Of a stretch of DNA of 64,000 bases, positions 58,292 through 64,000 are shown piece by piece. The DNA lies in contig CAWIIB010000009.1 of the NCBI GenBank assembly GCA_963836075.1, forward strand, positions 3,040,001-3,104,000. Direction: 5' to 3'. Origin of the DNA: an uncultured Acidobacteriota bacterium (GTDB lineage Bacteria > Acidobacteriota > JAQAZP01). The translations under genes were made by a program, and so were the position numbers. Each line of letters begins with the position of its first letter. Positions within the stretch are counted from its first letter, which is position 1. The notes beneath the pieces are model-generated. The model was not told the origin of the DNA. It saw only the letters and a list, made by a program, of their open reading frames with translations, and did not search any database.

Positions 58292-60554
58292 ATGACCGAA
58301 GAGGAAAACACCGGACAGGAGTTCAACCTCCGCGACTACTACTATGTCCTGATGAAGCGCAAACGACTGGTCATCCTGCTGACCGTGCTCGGGGTTCTGC
58401 TGACCATCATCCACACCTTTATCCAGACGCCGCAGGTACAAGGCCACCACCTCGGTGCTCATCGAGCGGGAGTCGTCGGTGAGCAACATGGCCATCGGCA
58501 CCGAGGTGTTTTTCCAGCGCTATGACTACTACACTTTCTTCAATACGCAGTACCAGCTGATCACGAGCAAAACCGTGGCCAATCGGGTGGTGGACCTGCT
58601 GGAGCTCACCAACTCCCCGCTGTTCCGCCCCGAGGACGAGGAGGGTGAAGAGCCCCCTGATCCGGAAATCCTGCGTGAGCAGATTGCGGCGAAGCTGATG
58701 AAAATCGTCGAAATCAATCCGGTGAAGGACAGCAACATCGTGGAAGTCTCCATGCTTTCCACCGACCGGGAGATGGCCGCGCGGCTGGCCAATGCCGTGG
58801 CCCAGGCCTACATTTCCTTCAGCCTCGAGGCCCGGTATTCGGCCTCCGAGCAGGCCCGGAATTTTCTCTCCTCCCAGGTGGAGGGCCTGCAGCGTGAACT
58901 GGAGGAGAACCAGAAACAGCTGCAGGAATACGGCAAGGCCACCGACATCATCGGGACGGCGGAAGGGCAGGACATCACCAGCCAGAGGCTGGTGGAGCTG
59001 AACCAGTCGTTCACCCGGGCGCAGACCGACCGCATCCGTCTGCAGACCAAGTACGAAAGGATGAAGGACGCCTCCCCGGAATCGATTCCTGAAGTTCAGA
59101 CCAACCAGCTGGTAACCCAGCTCAAGCGGGAGATGACCGAACTGGAAGGCGAGTACGCCAAGAACTCTAAGAAATACAAGGATGCCATGCCCGAGCAGGT
59201 CCGCCTGCGGTCGGAGATCGAGAAGGCCGGCCAGCGGATAACCACCAAGGCCAACGAGATCTACCGCGAGGCCCTGAGGGCGGCACGGACCGAATACGAA
59301 CGCGCCAGCCAGAACGAGAGATCTCTCAAGGAGATGTTCGAGGACCAGAAGCGGACGGCTCTGGACCGCAATCTCAGCGGCATCCAGTACGATTCCCTGG
59401 CCATGGAAGTCAAGAGCAAGTCCCAGTTGCTGCAGTCGCTGCTCCAGCGTCAGTCCGAAGCCAGCGTGACCGCGCAGCTGCAGGGCATCGGCAGCAGCAA
59501 TATCCGGATCGTCGATCCGGCCGAGGTGCCGAAAATTGTCTTCAAACCGAAGAAGCGGCGCAACCTGGCCCTGGGATTCGTGCTGAGCCTGATGCTCGGA
59601 GTGGGGGTGGCTTTTCTCCTCGAGTTCCTCGACCGGACCATCAAGTCCAGCGAGGAGGTGACCAGGCTGTTCGACCTCCCGACCCTCGGCGCCATCCCCA
59701 CCCTGGCCGCCAGCCTCGAAAAAGAAAACGGGCAGAGGCCGCGCAAAAAGAGCAAGGCCAAGACGCCTTCCATGGCAAAGGACGCGGTGGATCCGATCTA
59801 TTCCATCTGCTACCGGGACAGCAAGTCGCTGGTGGCCGAGGCCTACCGTTCGGTCCGGACATCACTGCTGCTCAGCGGTGCCGGCGAGCCGCCGCGGACG
59901 GTGGTGGTGAGCAGCGCTTCGCCCGGCGAAGGGAAGACGGCCACGTCGGTGAACATCGCCATCACCCTGGCCCAGCTGGGGCGCCGGGTGCTGCTGGTGG
60001 ACACCGATCTGCGCCGCCCGAAAATCCACAAGGTGTTCCTGGCCGAAGGCCAGAAGGGCGGAATGAGCCACTACCTGGCCGGGATCATCAACTTCGAGGA
60101 TCTGCTGGTGCAGCCCCAGGGCAAAGTGCCCGGGCTTTCCTTCATCACCTCAGGTCCGGTGCCGCCCGACCCGAGCGAACTGATCAGTTCGGTCCGCTTC
60201 GACGAGTTCGTGGAGCGGATGTATCGTGAGCACGCGGTGGACCACATCATCTTCGACTCCCCCCCGATCCTCTCGGTGACCGACCCGGTGATTCTCGGGG
60301 TCAAGGCGGACGGCCTGGTGCTGGTGATCCACGGCGGGGTGACCGAACGTGACACCCTGCTGGCGGCCAAGGAACGCCTGGACAGCGCGGGCGTCCGCAT
60401 TCTCGGCGTGGTGACCAACAATCTGGACATGACCCGCCACGGCTACTACTATTACTATCCGTATTACCGCTACCAGGGCCGTTACAAGGAGCGGACAGAA
60501 TTCAAATTCGGTCGAAAGGGCGATCAGGACGGCGACCCCGCTTCCCTGGCCTGA
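58292..60554 (+). CDS. wzc: Polysaccharide co-polymerase / BY-kinase; +1 frameshift at ~58436
   Basis: Wzz-type N-terminus LRDYY.VL.KR...TP.Y.A; EAYRSVRT; SASPGEGKT; DTDLRRP; IIFDSPP; Tyr cluster GYYYYYPYY. Confidence 0.9.
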
Positions 60555-60640
60555 CCTGCCGCTTGCCGACACCGCTGCGGGACCTGGCCCGGACCCCGGG
60601 AGTGTGCCCGCGGCACAGCGGATAACGAGGTATCACAACC

Positions 60641-61480
60641 GTGTCAAGAAAACGTAAGAAGACCTGGCCGTCGCCCGAGGGCGGCAGTGACCGGCCGCGC
60701 GAGCCACACCACGCGGTAAAGGCCTACGAGAATCTCGACTTCCTCCACAGCCCCGACGGCCGGGTGATCCGGATGATCGCCGAATACCAGGAGCCGTTGC
60801 GGCGCTTCCGCCGCAACCGGATCAAGGACACCATCGTCATCTTCGGATCGGCCCGGGCCAAGCCCGTGGACCAGGAGGAGCGGGACGCCCGGGGCGGGAG
60901 CCGCCAGCTGGACCGCTACTACGAGGATGCCCGCCGGCTGACCTATCTGCTGACCAAGTGGTCCAAGGGCCTGGAAGGCGGATCGCGCCGGTTCACTGTC
61001 TGTTCCGGCGGCGGGCCGGGGATCATGGAGGCCGCCAACCGGGGGGCCAGCGAAGCCAGCGGCGAAACCATCGGCCTGGGCATCAGTATTCCCTTCGAGC
61101 AGTCTTCGAACCCCTACATCTCACATGAACTCAATTTCGAGTTCCACTACTTCTTCATCCGCAAGTTCTGGTTCGTCTACCTGGCCAAGGCCTTCGTGGT
61201 CTTCCCCGGCGGGTTCGGCACCATGGACGAGCTGTTCGAGATCCTGACCCTGGTCCAGACCAGGAAGGTGACCAAGGACCTGCCCATCGTGCTCTATGGC
61301 TCCGAATACTGGAACGAAGTGATCAATATCGACGCCATGGCCCGCTACGGCACCATCAGTCCTGAGGACCGGGACCTGATCACGGTGCTGGACGATCCGC
61401 AGGAAACTTTCGACTTTCTCAGCAAGGAGCTGGATCGGATCTATCTCAAAGGCAAGGGCAAGTCCGGCGGCCACTGGTAG
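60641..61480 (+). CDS. LOG family (TIGR00730-like) nucleotide-binding protein
   Basis: FGSAR, SGGGPGIMEAANRGA, FHYFFIRK, PGGFGTMDE. Confidence 0.92.
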   Translation: MSRKRKKTWPSPEGGSDRPREPHHAVKAYENLDFLHSPDGRVIRMIAEYQEPLRRFRRNRIKDTIVIFGSARAKPVDQEERDARGGSRQLDRYYEDARRLTYLLTKWSKGLEGGSRRFTVCSGGGPGIMEAANRGASEASGETIGLGISIPFEQSSNPYISHELNFEFHYFFIRKFWFVYLAKAFVVFPGGFGTMDELFEILTLVQTRKVTKDLPIVLYGSEYWNEVINIDAMARYGTISPEDRDLITVLDDPQETFDFLSKELDRIYLKGKGKSGGHW

Positions 61481-61525
61481 CAGCAGTGGCGGCGAACCGT
61501 CCGCGCTATTTCAAGTGGAGGAGTC

Positions 61526-63943
61526 ATGTGTCGAGTGATTCTGGTCGCTGGCCTCTGTATCGCGGTTTTCGGTGCTCTGCTCACTGCCGGTGACGACCTC
61601 TGCACCGGGTTTCCGGTGGACCTTTCCGCACCGGGGGCCGGTTTCCCCTACACACCAACGCTGGCCGACCTGGACGGGAACGGGGCCCGCGAAATCCTGC
61701 TCACCGGGGGGCACACCTTCGCCCTTGCCGGGGACGGGTCGTTCCTTCCCGGCTGGCCCACCAGCGAGATGGTGAACATGGGTTACGGCACCAACGGCAA
61801 CATGCCCGGGCCGTCGGCCGCCGACCTGGAGAACAACGGCACCGTCGAGATCCTCTGGACCGAGCGTGACTGGTATGCCGGCAGTTCCCGCATGTGGTGC
61901 TTCAACGGCAAGCGGCTGAACGGCGAGGACCTGCCCGGTTTCCCACAGGAGGCTATCGATGATTCCTCCAACGCCCTGGACACCTCCTTCGTCCTGGGGG
62001 ACACCGACGGCGACGGCGACCTCGAAGCCTGGGGCGCCCACACGCTGGGCAACGACTTCATCCACTACCGCATCTCGGCCTTCGACCACCTGGGAAACCG
62101 TCTGTTCACCACCGATCTCGACACCGAGGAGAACATTCTTTCCCTCTTCTTCGGAGATCTCGATGGCGATGGGGCGGAGGAGATGTTCGCCGTCTCCTGG
62201 CTTGATACTGCATACCGCCTCCACGTTTTTCAGTCAGATGGCAGCGCGGCCGCCGGGTACCCGGTGGACCTGCTGGATACCACCTTTACGCAGATGCTCG
62301 GTCCGCCGGTACCCGTCGACCTCGACACTGACGGGGACCTGGAGATCATGCTCGGTATCTGGAGCGGCGGGTCGGGCTCATTGGTCCCGGCGTATCATCA
62401 CGACGGGAGCGACGTTGCGGGATTTCCGATCCCCATCGCCACCAGCAGCCAGTTGTTCAACATCGGGCTGGGCGACATCACCGGTGACGGTGTGCCCGAA
62501 CTGCTGGCCACCGACAACCACCTGGCCGGCAACTACCGTCTGCATGCCGTGGACATCGCTACCGAAGAATACCTGCCGGGGTGGCCTTACGAGATGCCGG
62601 CATGGCCCAAGGGGATACCCGCAGTGGCCGACGTGGACGGCGACGGGGTACAGGACGTCTGCATCACCACCGACGGCGGGAAACTGCACGCGGTGAAGAG
62701 CGACGGCACCGCGGTGGCGGGATATCCCAAGAGCATGACCACAGCCTCCATTTCCGGGGTTGCCGCCGGCGACATCGACGGCGACGGCCTCTTCGAGCTG
62801 GTGGCCGCCACCTGGGACGGTCTGGTCTATGCCTGGAACACCACCGGTCCGGCGCTGCCCGGCCGGGCTGACTGGCCGATGCGCGGGGTCAATCCCCGCA
62901 ACACCGGGGTTTACGGTTCGGCCGGCGGGGCAGCCTCCGGGGTGCTGATGATCACCGGGCCCGGTCCGGGGGAGAGCAACCCGCCGGAGGTCCGCACCTT
63001 TGCTCCCGGGTCCGGTTCCTCGCCGCTCAGTTCGTGGCGCGCCTACGGGGTGGACGCCTACGGGGTGAACGTGGGTGCCGGCGACCTGGATGGCAACGGG
63101 ATCGGCGAACTGCTCACCGGCGCCGGGCCGGGAGCGGTTTTCGGCCCCCACGTGCGGGGATTCAACGCGTCCGGCGCACCGGTGCCGGGGGTCAACTTTC
63201 TGGCGTATGGCACCAACAAGTACGGGGTCAACGTCGCCTGCGGCGACCTCGACAACGACGGTATGGACGAGATCATCACCGGCGCCGGCCCGGGTGCCGT
63301 GTTCGGGCCGCACGTCCGCGGGTGGAACGTGGACGGCGGGACGGCCTCCAGTATGGCCGGTGTCAACTACTTTGCTTACGGCACCCCGAAGTGGGGAGTG
63401 AACGTTGCCTGTGGCGACCTCGATGGTGACGGGTACGACGAGATCGTCACCGGGGCCGGACCGGGGGCGGTGTACGGACCCCACGTCCGGGGCTGGAACG
63501 TGGACGGGGGAACGGCCGCGCCGCTGGCCGGGGTCAGTTTCTTTGCTTACGGCACCCTGAAATTCGGGGTCAACGTCTGCTGCGGCGACCTGGACGGTGA
63601 CGGCATCGACGAGATCGTCACCGGCGCCGGGCCGGGGCAGATCTTCGGCGCCCACGTGCGGGCCTTCTCCTGGGACGGGGCCGCGGTCTCCCCGGTGCCG
63701 GGGGTCAGCTTCTTTGCTTACAGCGATGCCCGTTTCGGGGCGGAGATTGGGGCCGTGGACCTCGACGAGGACGGAATGGCCGAGATCCTGACCATGCCCG
63801 GGCCCGATCCGTCCATGGAGGCCTGGCTCAGGGGCTGGAATGTGGACGGCGGTCCGGTGGAGGCGATTCCCGGGATAGATTTCGACGCCTACGTCGACAT
63901 GGGGACTCAGCACGGCGGAACCGTTACCGGCGGCCTGTTCTGA
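61526..63943 (+). CDS. Secreted FG-GAP repeat protein with C-terminal GAGPG-GPHVR repeats
   Basis: Signal peptide; ADLDG.G..EI, GWP/GFP repeats; C-terminal block similar to 46.6-47.6 kb. Confidence 0.85.
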   Translation: MCRVILVAGLCIAVFGALLTAGDDLCTGFPVDLSAPGAGFPYTPTLADLDGNGAREILLTGGHTFALAGDGSFLPGWPTSEMVNMGYGTNGNMPGPSAADLENNGTVEILWTERDWYAGSSRMWCFNGKRLNGEDLPGFPQEAIDDSSNALDTSFVLGDTDGDGDLEAWGAHTLGNDFIHYRISAFDHLGNRLFTTDLDTEENILSLFFGDLDGDGAEEMFAVSWLDTAYRLHVFQSDGSAAAGYPVDLLDTTFTQMLGPPVPVDLDTDGDLEIMLGIWSGGSGSLVPAYHHDGSDVAGFPIPIATSSQLFNIGLGDITGDGVPELLATDNHLAGNYRLHAVDIATEEYLPGWPYEMPAWPKGIPAVADVDGDGVQDVCITTDGGKLHAVKSDGTAVAGYPKSMTTASISGVAAGDIDGDGLFELVAATWDGLVYAWNTTGPALPGRADWPMRGVNPRNTGVYGSAGGAASGVLMITGPGPGESNPPEVRTFAPGSGSSPLSSWRAYGVDAYGVNVGAGDLDGNGIGELLTGAGPGAVFGPHVRGFNASGAPVPGVNFLAYGTNKYGVNVACGDLDNDGMDEIITGAGPGAVFGPHVRGWNVDGGTASSMAGVNYFAYGTPKWGVNVACGDLDGDGYDEIVTGAGPGAVYGPHVRGWNVDGGTAAPLAGVSFFAYGTLKFGVNVCCGDLDGDGIDEIVTGAGPGQIFGAHVRAFSWDGAAVSPVPGVSFFAYSDARFGAEIGAVDLDEDGMAEILTMPGPDPSMEAWLRGWNVDGGPVEAIPGIDFDAYVDMGTQHGGTVTGGLF

Positions 63944-64000
63944 GTTGATGGTTCAGGGGCGCAGCATGGGGTCGAGGCGGTAGGCTTTTTCCAGGAACTG

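Noticed and set aside
1-64000. tRNA, rRNA, IS or prophage genes
   Set aside because: None was recognised by eye; no scan was run.

Overview
GC-rich bacterial window. GWxTD and VWA proteins and many FG-GAP proteins suggest an Acidobacteriota-like host (inference). The flanks hold housekeeping and envelope genes: a partial membrane-anchored reductive-dehalogenase-like gene, nfo, Omp85, DUF4390-NtrY-NtrX-like genes, two ECF sigma/anti-sigma pairs, an M16B pair, LemA/TPM, NamZ, a carbamoyltransferase, CvpA, an OM-barrel/Wza/Wzc export block and a LOG protein. The centre (~22.8-47.6 kb) holds a non-canonical quinohemoprotein amine dehydrogenase (qhp)-like system. It has three QhpC (gamma)-like precursor peptides that keep the CTQ Cys/Trp and thioether residues but carry 8 Cys instead of 4. 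It also has three short alpha-like proteins with no heme-binding CxxCH, four beta-propellers, a QhpD-like SPASM radical SAM enzyme, a QhpF-like ABC exporter and a QhpE-like S8 protease. No flavin monooxygenase QhpG is seen; instead a UbiV/UbiU-like U32 Fe-S pair sits inside the operon, which suggests O2-independent tryptophylquinone biosynthesis (inference). Two extra alpha-gamma-beta-FG-GAP cassettes form a ~5.1 kb tandem duplication with a variable loop in the precursor. Five genes carry +1 frameshifts at the same TGTACT/AGTACA motif, probably a methylation-linked sequencing error. A candidate sigma54-driven ~160 nt sRNA lies at ~18.7-18.9 kb. All family calls come from motif recognition by eye; no searches were run.
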